NCBI GenBank assembly: GCA_028534125.1
Contig: CM052817.1
Location: forward strand, 104,286,001-104,350,000
DNA: 64,000 bases
Reading direction: 5' to 3'
Origin: Lama glama
Taxonomy: Eukaryota
Shown here piece after piece: positions 50,417-63,457 of the stretch. Each line of letters begins with the position of its first letter. Within the stretch, counting starts at the first letter, position 1. The notes below the pieces were generated by a model that saw only the letters and a list, made by a program, of their open reading frames with translations, was not told the origin of the DNA and searched no databases. The position numbers and the translations under genes were made by a program.

Positions 50417-52349
50417 AATAAATGAATATACTAAAGTTGCAGGATATGAGCTCAATATACAGAAATCTGTTACTTTTCTATATACACTGATAATGAACTA
50501 AAAGAAAGATAAAGCAAAAAAAATCTCATTTAAAATCACATCAAAAAGAAGAAAGTACTTAGAAATAAACTTAACCAAGGAGGTTAGAGACTTATCCTCT
50601 GAAAACTATAAAATACTGATGAAGGTATTTGAAAATGATACAAAGACATGGAAAGATCTCCCCTGTTCTTGGATTGGAAGAATTAATATTGTTAAAATGG
50701 CCATACTACCAAAGCCATCTACAGATTTAATGTAATTTCCATCAAAATACATATGACATTTTTCACAGAACTAGAAAAAATAACTCTAAAATTTATATAG
50801 AACTACAAAAGAACCCAAATTGCCAAAGCAATCTTGAGAAAAAAAGAGCAAAGCTGCAGGTATCAGACCCCCTAATTTCAGACAATACTACAGAGCTACA
50901 GTAACCAAAACAGCATGGTATTGGCACAAAAACAGACACAGAATGGCACAGAATAGAATCCAGAAATAAATCCACACACCTATGGTCAATTAATCAACAA
51001 TAAAGGAGGCAAGAATATACAAAGGAGAAAAGACAGTTTCTTTAATAAGTGGTGCTGGGAAAACTGGACAGCTACGTGTGAAAGAATGAGAGTAGAACAT
51101 TTTCTCATACCATATACAAAAATAAACTCTAAATTGATAAAAGACCTAAATGTAAGTCCTGAAACCATAAAACTCCCAGAAGAGAACATAGGCAGAACAC
51201 CCAGACATAAATTGTAGCAATATTTTTTTGAATCTGTCTCCTAAGGCAAAAGAAACAACAGCAAAAATAAACAAATGGGACCTAATTAAACTGAAAATTT
51301 TGGCACAGCAAAGGAAACCATTGACAAAATGGAAAGACAGTGTACTGAATGGGAGAAAATATTTGCAAATGATATGACTCAAAATCAAAAACCAAACAAC
51401 CTGATTAAAAAATGGGCAGTGGACCTGAATAGACATTTCTCCAAAGAAGATGTACAGATGGCATTCATGCATATGAAAACATGCTCAACGTCACTAATCG
51501 TCAGGGAAATGCAAATCAAAACCACAATAAGGTATCACTTCACACCTGGCAGAATGGCTATCTTCAAAAATACCACACATAACAAATGTTGGTGAGAATG
51601 TGGAGAAAAGGGGTCCCTTGTGCACTGTTGGTGGGAACAATAAATTGATGCAACCACTATGTAAAACAGTATGGAGATTCCTCCAAAGACTAAAAACTGA
51701 ACTATCATATAATCCAGCAATCCCACACCTAGATATATATCCCGAAAAAATGAAAACACTAATTCAGAAAGATACACGCACCCTGATGTTCATAGCAGTT
51801 TTATTTACAATAGCCAAGATATGGAAGGAACCTACATGGTTAACAACACATGGCTGGATAAAGAAGGTGTGAGATATACATAAAATGGAGTATTACTTAG
51901 CCATATAAAGGAATGAATTTTTGTCCTTTGCAATAATGTGGATGGACCCAGAGAGTATGATGCTTGGTAAATTAAGTCAGACGGAGAAGATAAAATACTC
52001 TATGCTGTCACTTATACATGGAATCTACACATATAAAACAAACAAATATATATAACAAAATAGAAACAGACTCACAGGCACATAGAACAAGCTGGTGGTT
52101 ACCAGTGACCAGAGGGAAGTGGGGAGGGGCAAGATAGGGGGATGGGATTAAGAGATATAAACTACTCTGTATAAAATAGAGAAGCACCAAGAATATATTG
52201 CACAGCACAGGGAAATATAGCTTTGTAATATTGCTTCATAATAACTCTAAATGGAGTATAACCTATAAAAATATTAAATCACTATATTGTACACCTGAAA
52301 CAAATACAATATTGTAAATCAACTCTGCTTCAGTAAAGAAATAAAAATG
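50417..52349 (+). mobile_element. 5'-truncated L1 (~1.9 kb, ORF2 3' half plus 3'UTR) inserted in Tigger1
   Basis: ORF2 remnants ([37 protein letters not shown]). Imperfect TSD aatatcatgtgt (~50403) / aatgtcgtgtgt (52350). Confidence 0.95.
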
Positions 52350-52479
52350 AATGTCGTGTGTATTCTGACTGCTCCACCCATGGGCCCTTCCCCTGTCCCT
52401 CTCCCTCTCCTCAGGTCTATTTCCAGAGACACAATAATTTTGAAATCAGGCCAGTTAACAACCCCACAGTGGCCTCTAA

Positions 52480-54050
52480 GTCTTCAAGTGAAAGGAAGAG
52501 TCACAAGTCTCTCACTTCCAATTAAGAGCTAGAAATAGTTAAGCTGGGTGCAGAAGGCATGTTTAAAGCCATGATAGGCTGAAAGCCAGGCCTCTTGCCC
52601 CACTGAGCCAAGCTGTAAATGCAAAGGAAGAGTTTCCGCAGGAAATTAAAAGTGCTCCTCCAGTGAACACACAAGTGATAAGAAAGTGAGACAACCTCAG
52701 TGCTGAGATGGAGAAAGTTTGAGGGGTCTGGCTAGGAGATCAAACCTGCCACGACATTCCCTTAAGCCAAAGCCCAATCGAGAGCAAGGCCCCAGCTCTC
52801 TTCAATTCTATGAAGGCTGATGGAGGTGAGGAAGCTGCAGAAGAGAAGTCTGAAGCTGGCAGAGGTTGGTTCACGAGGTTCAAGGTAAGAAGCCGTCCGC
52901 GTGACATGAACGTGCAAGGCAAGGCAGGCAGTGCTGATGTAGAAGCTGCAGTAAGTTATCCAGGAGATCCAGCTCAGATAATTGATCAACAGATTTGCAG
53001 AAGAGACGAAACCATCTTCTGCTGGAAGAAGATGCCTTCTAGGACTTTCATAGCTGGAGGGGAGAAGTCAGTGCCTGGCCTTCAAGCTTCAAAGGACAGG
53101 CTGACTCTCTTATTAAGGGCTAATGCAGCTGGTGACGTTAGGTTGAGCCAGTGCTCATTTACCAGCCAAAAATCTCAGGGCCTTTAAGACTCGTGTCAAA
53201 TCTACTCTGCCTGTGCTCTATAAATGGAACAACAAAGCTGGGATGACAGCACATCTGTTTCCAATATGGCTTGCTGAATATTTTAAGCTCACTGCTGAGA
53301 TCTACTGCTCAGAAAAATAAAGATTCCTTTCAAAATATATCTGCTCATTGGCAATGTCCCATGTCACCCAAGAGCTCTGATGAATATGTGCGATGAGGTT
53401 AATTAATGTTGTTTTCACGCCTCTGACACAACATCCATTCTGCAGCCTGTGGGTCAAGGAGTCATTTTGATTTCAAGGCTTAAATCTGGATTATTTAAAG
53501 AATAGATTTCGTTAGGCTACACCTGCTATAGATTGTGATTACTCATTTAGATCTGGGCACAGTCAGTTGAAAACCTTCTGGAAAGGATTCACCATTCTAG
53601 ATGCCATTGAGGACATTCGTGGTTCACAGGAAGAGGTCAGAATTTCAACTTTAACCAGAGTTTGGAAGAAGTTGATTCCAGCCCTCATGGATGACTTTGA
53701 GGCGGTTCAAGACTTCAGCACAGGAAGTCACTGCAGATGTGGTGGAAATAGATGGAGAGCCAGGATTAGAAGTGGAGCCTGAAGATGTTACTGGATTGCT
53801 GCCATCTCATGAAGAAACTTCAACGGATGAGCAAAGAAAGTGATTTCTTGAGATGGACTCTACTCCTGGTAAGGATGCTGTGAAGGTTGTTGAAAGGACA
53901 ACAAATGATTCAGAATATTACATAAACTTAGTTGATAAAACAAAGGCAGGGTTTAAGAGGATTGGATCCAATTTAGAAAGAAGTTCTACTGTGAGTAAAA
54001 GGCTACCAAAGAGCATTGCATGCTACAGAGAAATTGTTCGTGAAATGAAG
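52480..54050 (+). pseudogene. Disabled Tigger1 (pogo/CENP-B-like) transposase
   Basis: Fragments GEEAAEEKSEAGRGWFTRFK, DETIFCWKKMPSRTFIA, ASKDRLTLLL.ANAAGD and KTFWKGFTILDAI lie in different frames with stops. Confidence 0.9.
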
Positions 54051-54397
54051 AGTTATTGTTTTATTCTAAGATATTGCCACGGCCACCCCCAAGCTTCAGC
54101 GACCACCGCCCTTATCAGTCAGCAGTCAGCAACATCGAGGCAAAGACTCCAACAGCAAAAAGATTACAACTCGGAGAAAGCTTGGATGATGGTGAGCATT
54201 TTTTTTAAGCAACAAAGCATTTTTAATTAAAGTATGAACACTGTTTTTTTAAGCATAATGCTATTGCAGTATAGTGTAAACATAACTTTTATAGGCACTG
54301 GGAAACAAAAAAATTCGTGTGACTCACTTTGCTGAGACATTCGATTAATCACAGTAGTCTGGAACTGAACCTGCAGTATTTCCAAGCTATGCCTGTA

Positions 54398-54630
54398 CAA
54401 GTAAAAATTAGCTAAAAAATATTACTGAAATGCTTATGAATTAATCCCACCAAAAATGTGCAGCATCTATGCAGTAAACTTTCACTGAAAGACACTGAAA
54501 GAAGACGAAATAAGTACTGGATAGAAAAAAATCAATTTTCAAAACAGGTATCTTATGAATTTGATTTGTAGATCCAATTCAATTCCAACATAGTTTTTTT
54601 TGCCTGCAAATTGATAAATATGAGTCCCGA
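54398..54630 (+). mobile_element. Continuation of the old L1M after the Tigger1
   Basis: atgaattaatcccaccaaaaatgtgca...cactgaaagacactgaaagaagac...ttgatttgtagatccaattcaattcca is an ORF2-like remnant. Confidence 0.6.
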
Positions 54631-56039
54631 CTATTGGAGTAAAATCATTGAATAGGAGAGATTCCAACTTCAAGAGAAGTTAGAACAAGAACAGAATGAA
54701 GTGCACCACTTAAAATGATGACAAAGAACTTTCTATTAATGTTGGTGGACTTAAACCTGCTTTACTGTATTTAACCCCCAAAGTATTTTATATATATTTT
54801 GTTTTTATGTACTCTGTTTTACAATGATTAAAAAAAAATAAATAAACCTGAGGTTCATAGCTCTACAGAATCGACAACTAAAAACTAGGATATTTTACTA
54901 TTATATATATGGAACTCAATCTTTGTTATTCACCTCTTAAACTAAAATAAATTTTAATATAAAGGCAAAGCATGCAATTTAGGAAAATTGGAAAATATAC
55001 AAAAATAAATAAAAATCATCAGGGCTTTCATCATCCAGGTTTAGCATCATGGGTCTTTAAACCTCTAGTCTTTTTCTCTGCGAATGTGTTTGGGAAATTT
55101 TACAGAATTCCCATTCTATTATAAATCCATCTGTGTTATACTTTTTTGGGGGGTTGACCATGACAAATTCAGTATTTGATATGTCAGGAATTTTGCAAGG
55201 TTTTAACTTTTATCTTGAAAACATAGAGTTGAAACTGATATAGTTGGTCCAGCAATTCTTTTCAGAAATAGCAATCGTTTAGAAACTAAATCTTGAAAAT
55301 GCAGCAGTGATTATATAACCTGAGAGATAGATAGCGTGCGGGGAGTAGGTATTTTTAGTAATCCAAAAACTAAAGGGGAAGACAGAGGGAACGCGTATCT
55401 CATACACTGCAGTCAGTGTGGATCGGCTGTCTCTACACCACAGCTGCTGTTTATCTGCTAGTTATTAAAATAAAGTACAAAGGGTTTCCTTTAGCAATTC
55501 CCTCACAGAGGCTCTTCCCAACAGTTTGCATAAATGATGCATTTATTTGAACAATTATGGAGAGAGAAGACAGCATAGTGAATTTAATAGCAGACCAAAT
55601 ACTTCCTATGCTGTTCTTTCTATCACAAAAATCAAATTTATTTTCAAAGCCAGGAAGTACCCTGAGTACTGAGTAGTGGAGAGGAAGAGGGCATTTCTTA
55701 AAGGTTAGGAAATTCTTCCCTTGAGGTCCCTATCTTTTTCTCCAGTAACTTGGGGAGAATTACAGGCCTGAGGCTGAATGTGGTCTCCAGCAAGTGAGTA
55801 AATCCAGCAACGCCAGTCACCCTGAGACTTCTCGCCATGCTGTTTTCGCTCTGTGATATACACCCCTGTTACTACCTAACGAGAGAGAGTGAGTAGTAGG
55901 GTGATATTTGCATTTCCATGGCAACTTACATCTCTAGATTGGGATGATATTTTTGACTGTTTCACTTTTCATTTACGGATAACATTTTTACTGCCTTTTC
56001 ATTGGAAAAACAGCAATGGTGTTCAGACAAAGGGAGAAA

Positions 56040-56820
56040 AATTAAAGTTTACTGAACACGTGCTGTATGTCAGGCATCAAGCTGAGTTTTTGTTTGTATA
56101 CATCACTGCAGTCAGTTCTCCAAGGACTCTGGGAAGGTGGTCCCATTGTTACCCCCCAAAAAGGAAAATATCCCAGTCTTTGTCTTATGTGAAAGACAAG
56201 ATTACAGACAGGCAAGGAGTGCGTTGCATAGTGAAAGATCTTAAAAGATTTATTCAGGAAAAGAAGAGTGCATCTCCAAGAACAGGAAGCAGGCTGGTCC
56301 AAGGGAGGAAGAGCAATGGTCTTTGTTTTGCCCTTTCTCTCATTCCCTTGCTTTGAGGTGGCCTTTTGATTGACGGCTCTTGCCCCTGGAATGCCTAGTC
56401 ATGTTTGTTTCCTTTGTGCGTGTCCTTACCCATGATGCACTCAGAAAGCCCCATGGCGGGCCTGAACTGCAATAGTAATTATATTACAATGAGCGTTGAG
56501 TCTTGTCCAGTTAGGTCCTTGTTGCTACAGCGCAGTTGTGGCTGTCAGGTTCCAACCGGTTCTTGCTGGCGCTCATTTAGAAGAAATAAAGCCCCTTTAA
56601 GCTAAAGGTGGGCATAACGCCAGCTTCCGGACCCTCCTCCCTCTCCTCCACCTGTCTGCCTGGTGTCCCCACTTATCTAACTACCTAACACCATTCTAGA
56701 GAGGAGACTTGGGGAAATTCAGGGCCTTGCTTTGCTTAAGGTCAAGTTATGTAGCAATAGATTCGGGATCCGTAGAGCTGGTGGCCCTAATTCCTAGGCC
56801 TTTGGTTTTTCACTGCTCCA
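56040..56820 (-). mobile_element. MIR split by a solo LTR (pieces ~56040-56142 and ~56695-56820)
   Basis: tttactgaacacgtgctgtatgtcaggca on the left and ttgcttaaggtca on the right. Confidence 0.6.
56147..56690 (-). mobile_element. ERV class I-type solo LTR, 544 bp
   Basis: TGTTA...TAACA termini, a perfect 4-bp TSD CCAT (56143-56146 and 56691-56694), and antisense AATAAA near 56249. Confidence 0.85.
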
Positions 56821-57251
56821 CATTTCTTCCTCCAAGCTTTCTCCCTGGATTCCTAGTCCAACTCTCCCCTGTGACTGACAACCACTACCTTGTGAAACAC
56901 CAGTGTGTGTGTTGCAATATACATGTTGTAAGTGTTGTGGGTTTTAGTGCTTAATTCCAAGCTCCATGTATTGAAAATTGCATCTAAATCAAGATTGACT
57001 TAATTATGTTTTACTCTTCAGTTAAAAGAGTTATTCAAATGCTTTAATTGCATGCCATGTGCATTAGAAAATGGTACCAATTAAGTAGTTAGGAGTTAGC
57101 TGTATGTATGATCAGATCTAGTTATGTCTCTATGAAGGAATTATATCTATACTTTAATACAAATTTACAGATAGAGATTGTGTGAAATATGCATTGCAAA
57201 TATTAAATTTTGAAGATGAGCAGGCATTTGCTGAACAAAGAAGGAATCTAA

Positions 57252-57395
57252 GGGGGGAGGGTGAAGCTCAGTGGTTTAGAGTGCATGCTTAGCAGGCATA
57301 TGGTCCTGGCTTCAATCCCCAGTACCTCCTCTAAAAAATAAATAAGTAAACCTAATTACCTCCCCTCTCAAAGAAAATTAAATTAAAAAAAAAAA
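57252..57395 (+). mobile_element. Camelid SINE (Vic-1-like)
   Basis: ggggagggtgaagctcagtgg...ttcaatccccagtacctcc...aaataagtaaacctaattacctcccc plus an A-tail. Confidence 0.92.
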
Positions 57396-60370
57396 GATCT
57401 CTGTGTTGGATCAGAAGAGCAAAGGAACAGACATGAATTATATTTATAAGCATTTGAGTTAAAATTAAGCTGATCTTTAAATTCTCTGTAGAATCTAAAT
57501 ATTCTTTATTAAAAAGTGGACATCATTTTCTGCACATTTTGCTGTAGAGATATTTTCCCCCTCAAATAAAAGATTGTGAAAATGCAAAGAGACAATTCCT
57601 TTGTAGTAGTCTTTAGGAGATGTTTAAATACTTTTGTTGTAATGATGTTGTCAATCTAGAAACACTGGTGGCGAATGCAGGCGTGAAACAGGGAAAATTC
57701 TGTTCATTGATTCTGTCTTTATGAAGCAGCAAGGGGAAGGTGTCATCGTGATTGAAGCATCACATCATTTCTTCTTTCTCTTGATTCCAGCAAATTAAAA
57801 AAAAAAACTCAGAAAGTTATTGTTCAGGCAGTTGAGGGAAATTAGCATTTGAAAGCAGGAACATTTCTGAAAGCAGGTGAAGTGATACTGGGAACCTAAT
57901 GTGTTGGTAGGCGATCAGAAAGAAATCAAAGGAAAGAAACAAATGGAAGATGCCAGATTAAGTTGGAAAAGTCACGTTAGTGTCTGGACCCTGGGTACTC
58001 ACCTGGGTATTCAGATCTGCTTTGTAAACAGGAGGGGACTCCATTTAGGAGCCAGTGCCCCCGTTCCCATTCTGTAATCCTGTAATACCCACCCTTCTCA
58101 ATCAAAGGTGGTGTTTTGCACTAGTATAATGTCATATTCTAACATAAAAACCCTTTTGAGTGACAGTTACTCTGAAAAGTTAATATGAGTATGTATAATT
58201 TCCAGAGCACAAAAAAATGCTAAGATGTTATGAGTCTTATCTACAATTACCTTTAAATGAAACTGTAGCCCACAAAATAATTTCATTATGATATTCTTTG
58301 GGGTTTCAATAATACTACATGTGGGTTTGGGTTTCCCATGAGCCGTGTTATGGCAGAAACTCATCCGTGATGGAATAAATGGGATACAGCACACAAAACG
58401 TGTGACGATGGCTACATCCCACATACCTGTCGTAAGTCTAAAGCAGAGGTGGTTCCTTTTTAGCTAGAAGAAGAAAGCATTCCTTTTTGCCGTTGTTCAG
58501 GGATTGAGTAAATGTGCCTCTACCAAGTCATTTTCTTTATTGTGCCTTTGGAACTCCTAAGGTAAGGTAGTTTTACATCCCTATTCTGAAGTCATTGTTA
58601 GAATGCCTTCCATGCTAAACCAGAGTCAATAATTGTGTCTTCCTTTTTCAAACATATATTAAAGGTGACTGAAAACACGATAAGTATATGCATTACTTGG
58701 ACATGTTAATGAGGGCTTCTGACACAAACACTTGCCCTTTAATTACATTCCTTGCACGCTCACAACCTCTTCAGCCAGGTTTCTAGAAGCTACAGAAATT
58801 CTGTTTTCAACTCTCATGCCAGCATGAGAAGGTAGGTCCCCTCCCATCCCCTGACTTCTTATTTCACTGCTGCCTAAGAAGACGGTCTCTCTCCCCTACC
58901 CCAGGCCCCAGCACTTTGGGTTCAGTTTCGGGTCACTTGTGCTATTAGTAGATGAGAAATGTATGCTCACGCTGCACTTACAACTCCAGACCCATCACTT
59001 CGCTGGGTCCATTTGCTAAGAACTCCACCTTGAATCTACTCCTTTCTAGGATAAGCAGAGTCTGATTTTATTCTGAAATGCAAGTGGCTTTTATTTCAAG
59101 TCTTTGTATAGCCAAAGAGATATATTACTACCTAAGTGAAGTTTGCATAGAGAGAGGAAATATTCTGCCTTCTGAGCCCTTATGAAAATCCGCCCTATTA
59201 ATAGCTACATTAGAAGGAGGACATGGATTTTTGTCATTTCAGCATCTTCTATCAAGGGCTTAGTTTCCATCCACATCACTGAGTAACTTAAAAGAGCCAC
59301 TGCCATTTGTCTTTCAGGGCGGAAAGGCATTTGATTTCATGAATAACAACAATAAAGGCTTATTTGACCTTTTGGAAAGATTAAAACAGTAGGAAAATAA
59401 AGCACTATTAAGCTGCATCTTGCTTTTTAAAATTCCCTTATTAAACACACTGAGCAAGTAATTACTATACATCTATTTCTCATCTTCGTTAGTATCCCTG
59501 GGGCCCAAGAATGCCAAGATCACAAAAAACTTCTGTACTGTCAGTTAATGGCATGCTCAGTGAGAAAGGTCTCTGAATGTATACAGTAAAGGTGAAATAT
59601 ATATTTTGCAACTTGACTCCCCAGGTGCCACATGGGTCAGTGTTAATTTGTGTTTCATTCAAAGAATAACACCCAGAAGTAAAGATAATGAATTTCTATT
59701 TAACCATCTCAAGGAAGAATAATGGAGATTTAATATAAAACTCTATCCCACTTCCCAAAAGCTTCCCTTTCTCATTCCTCCTGATATCAGATAGGTCAAA
59801 GGACTCATAAGACTCCCTCTCTTCATGATTCACTTTTACCTCCACATAAAAATGACCTACAATCATGCCCTGTTGTGTTCCTTTCTCTGTTTGCCAACCC
59901 AACCACCATATTTTTTTTTCTATTACCTTTATTACGTCTCTGGTTTCTTTGATTTTTCTTTGAGATTTACCCATTAATCAAAATTCTGAAAATCAAAAAC
60001 TCTCCAAACAAATCAAGCCCGGGAGGAGTATCTTTGCTCCTTATAAATGGAAGCAAGAGGAAAGACATGAATATGCATGTTAAGGATTTTTCGACCCTGT
60101 TTTACAAACATCATACATGTGCTAAAATACATTTCAGAAACTGCTGTTATAGTTTCAGTATCGACTATAAGAAATGCATCCTTAAATTGTATTAATGAGC
60201 TTTTTAAATTGACTACGGGACAGGTTTAGTCTACAACATTCACATGAATTAAACTTCAGCACCAGCTAATGTAGGTCTTAGCAAACCATGTAAGTTTTTT
60301 GCACATTAACTAAACTTTGAGTGAGGTGCTTTATGCACAGAAGTACTAACTACTATGTCTATAATGTTTC

Positions 60371-60841
60371 TTATTTTTAGTGAAGTATAGTCAGTTTACA
60401 ATATTATGTTAATTTCTGATGTACAGCTTAGTGATTCAGTTATATGCATATATATGTCTCTCTATATATACACATTCCTTTTCATATTCTTTTCCATTAT
60501 AGGCTATTACAAGACATTGAATATAATTACCTGTGCTGTTCAGTAGGTCCTAGTTGTTTATCTATTTTTTTATATAGCTGTATCTACAGATCTCAAACTC
60601 TCAATTTATCGTTCCACCCCTCCCTTCCCTCACTGGTAACCATAAGTTTATTTTCTGTCTGTGAGTATATTTCTGTTTTGTAAATAAGTTCATTTGTCTC
60701 ATGATTTTAGATTCAATATATAAGTGATGTCATATGGTATTTTTCTCTTTCTGGTTTACTTCCTTAGTATCTCCAGGTCCATCCATATGTTTCTATAAAT
60801 GGCATTATTTTATTATTTTTTATGACTGAATAATATTCTGT

Positions 60842-60842
<1 letters not shown>
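60371..60842 (-). mobile_element. 5'-truncated L1 3' end
   Basis: tgaagtatagtcagtttacaat...; same family as the 10735 and 43648 copies. Confidence 0.9.
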
Positions 60843-60872
<30 letters not shown>

Positions 60873-60881
60873 CACACACAC
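60842..60881. repeat. (CA)n microsatellite at the L1 5' boundary
   Basis: CA run with one CG interruption. Confidence 0.95.
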
Positions 60882-62514
60882 TATGATTATCAGGGTACTG
60901 TGAATCAGAGGAAACTATAAAAATAGACAAGTAAATTGTGGTTATCTGTATCAGAAACTGTGGGGAAATTTCAAATTATAAATTAATATAGTTGGAGAAG
61001 GAATTTACATCATTTTTGTGATAAGGGGGGACTGCAAAGTGAAATACTTAATTTTTAAACATATTGGGTTCTAAAGTCTGTGATTCTGATTTTTATCAGG
61101 ACTAGGCCTACAAACTCAATGCAACTCAAATGTAACTATTTTAGAGTTTTTTAAGACTAATTATTTTTCTGGCATTTCTCTTGTCATAATGTGGCTATGA
61201 ACACATTTTTCCATTCTGTAGTCAATATTTTGCCTGGTACAAAAGGATATTGATTGAGAGCAGGCAGCATTTTACAAGAATGAAATTAAGAGACCAATAA
61301 ATCAAATGGAAATTTTTGCATGTGGGATTTGAATTTCTCAGTGAGTGATTGGGAGACACATAAATCAAGAATACCTAAAATGGATTATGTATTTGTGGGA
61401 ATCAGTTTTTCTATCAAAATTTGCTGTTTGGGAAAAAATAACCACTAGAAGAACAAATATATTGTTTGAAAATTAATCACGAGAGAAACATATATATTGA
61501 TTGCTTATTCCACTTTTTATTTGCTAAGCATCTAAAGTATTGAACAGTTACTGACTTCAGCAGTCCCTATGAAATAGCATTATCTCCCAGTTCTTATTTT
61601 TGCAGAATTGGAGAATCAAATAGTAAGCAAATTACCAAAGACCTTATGTCAACAGCATAGGTAGAAGCAGTTTTCAGCCTGTGACTTGACTGAATTGTCC
61701 TGGTGCCCCATAAGAAACTAGCTTCCTCAAGGTGTAAACATATTCATTCATCTATCAGATCTTTTCATCTACCTCCTTGGGGTGTATCAAATAACACCCC
61801 AAGGAAGAAGGTAACTCCATTTGAAAGAACTTAGTTCTCTTACGGGTATAAATTAGCTAATACTGTGACACTTTTCAAAAAGAAATTTTACTATGATCTT
61901 TTGTCACTTAAGATAGGAGCAAACATTTTAGGATATCTGAAATTTTGGTGACAAACACTAATTGTACAAAAATGAAGAACATTAATGAATATTGAATGGA
62001 GTAGATGTCCTCTTTCAAACAAAAACAAGACCAGTGTTTGGTGGATGCATTGAAAAAGTTGGTTAAAGATGTAACAGTAAAAATTATCTCTATATACCTC
62101 ATATTTTTAACAACCAAAATTACATAAGTACACGTTCATTCACTAAGATTTAGATGACTCACACTTACTTGCTTTGAATAGAGAACTTCCAATTGGAGAC
62201 CTTTGTCATGTTGCTTAGACCACACTGATTTGTAATTTTGTAACTTGAGTTTATTTAAATTAAAACAACCACTTAAAGATATTTATTAACAAATAAAACC
62301 ACCCAGATATCCACATTCTTCTAAATATTAACATTGTTTAACCCAGTCTTTATGTTTTCTTTATATTTATACTCATTTCATTCAACTGTATTTTTTCAAA
62401 TATTGCGTTTTGTACCTTTCCAAAAATACAGCATAGTTTTCACGTAAGCAACTCTTTTTATAATTTTAGTCAATTTACATAATATTTAATTAAATTATGT
62501 AATCAATACTACCT

Positions 62515-63310
62515 TAAGAATAACTAGCTTTCCCCAAAGTCACTTTCCTTCTTCTTCTATATATGCAAGACGTTATTTCTAAACCTCCCTTGCAGTTAAA
62601 TATGGCCATGTAAACAAATTCTTCCCAGTAGAACATGAGAGAAAATGTGTTGGTTACTTCCTGCCCTGGTCCATTGGACCTCCCAGGAAACAGGCTCTGT
62701 GTCCTTGTCCACTATTTGCAAACTGGTACAATAATGACCAGAGCAACTGTCAAAGTCACATGTTGAAAACAGAATACTTCCTCTTTGCCAGGGTCCTCAA
62801 AGACCTAATGGAAAAATACATCCTCTGAGTTGGGGACTATTTACCATAGAGAGTGAGAAACAAACTTCTGCTGGCCTGAGTGCTGTATTTTCATTAACCA
62901 TAATACAGAAATTAGCATCTTGAGCTGAGGTGTTGCTCTAACAAAAACTTAACGCTATTTAGCATTGGTTTAGTGGTCAGGCAGTTGGCTGCAAACTGCA
63001 AGCACATAGACACTGCAGACTGGAAAGCTGTAACCTATGTTTTGTCAGGACAAAATATTTAATGAAACCATGACCTGAGGTCTCTAGAAAGGCATACCAA
63101 GTCCATCATTGTAGGAGAACTTGCTAGAAAGAGCCAGAATGTTAGTGCATGCTGGCTGTTCCTCCCTGCTGTAAGCAAAACTTTTCAAGAAAGGCAACAG
63201 CTTTGCCTGGTTTGCAGGCAAACAAAAAGATTAGAGTTTATAAATACAGAGCCAAGGAGTCTTTGAAGAGCTAATAGCTCCTGTGCTTCAAACAAGAAGA
63301 GAAGAAGTTA
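62515..63310 (+). mobile_element. Ancient MaLR (MLT1I/J-like) LTR plus start of the internal region
   Basis: LTR motif cctcccttgcagtta...ggccatgt. The LTR ends ...taataca (~62907), followed by an MLT1-int-like start gaaattagcatc...ggtgttgctctaacaaaaact. Confidence 0.7.
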
Positions 63311-63457
63311 TACAGAATTCTTGTAAATGCCTTCTTCACAACTAGACATCTTCCTACAATAAAATTTCTAACTTCTCAAGACAAAACAAACAAACAAAAT
63401 TGACCTTGCTCACCTCTCTTGAGGCTCAGATGAAGACTGAAGACTGGAGTCCGGGGT

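Larger units (their letters stand above)
50129..54395 (+). mobile_element. Near-full-length Tigger1 DNA transposon, split by an L1
   Basis: TIRs caggcatacc (50129) and gctatgcctg followed by TA (54395). Tigger1 5' sequence aaattgaaggtttgtggcaaccctg. Pogo-type transposase fragments inside. Confidence 0.95.

Noticed and set aside
52810..54230. Transposase-like ORFs as a domesticated TIGD/CENP-B-like gene
   Set aside because: Multiple stops and frameshifts inside a TIR-bounded Tigger1, so a dead transposon copy.
55889..56356. 155-aa ORF
   Set aside because: It runs across a MIR and into a solo LTR, has a non-ATG start and resembles no protein family I recognise.
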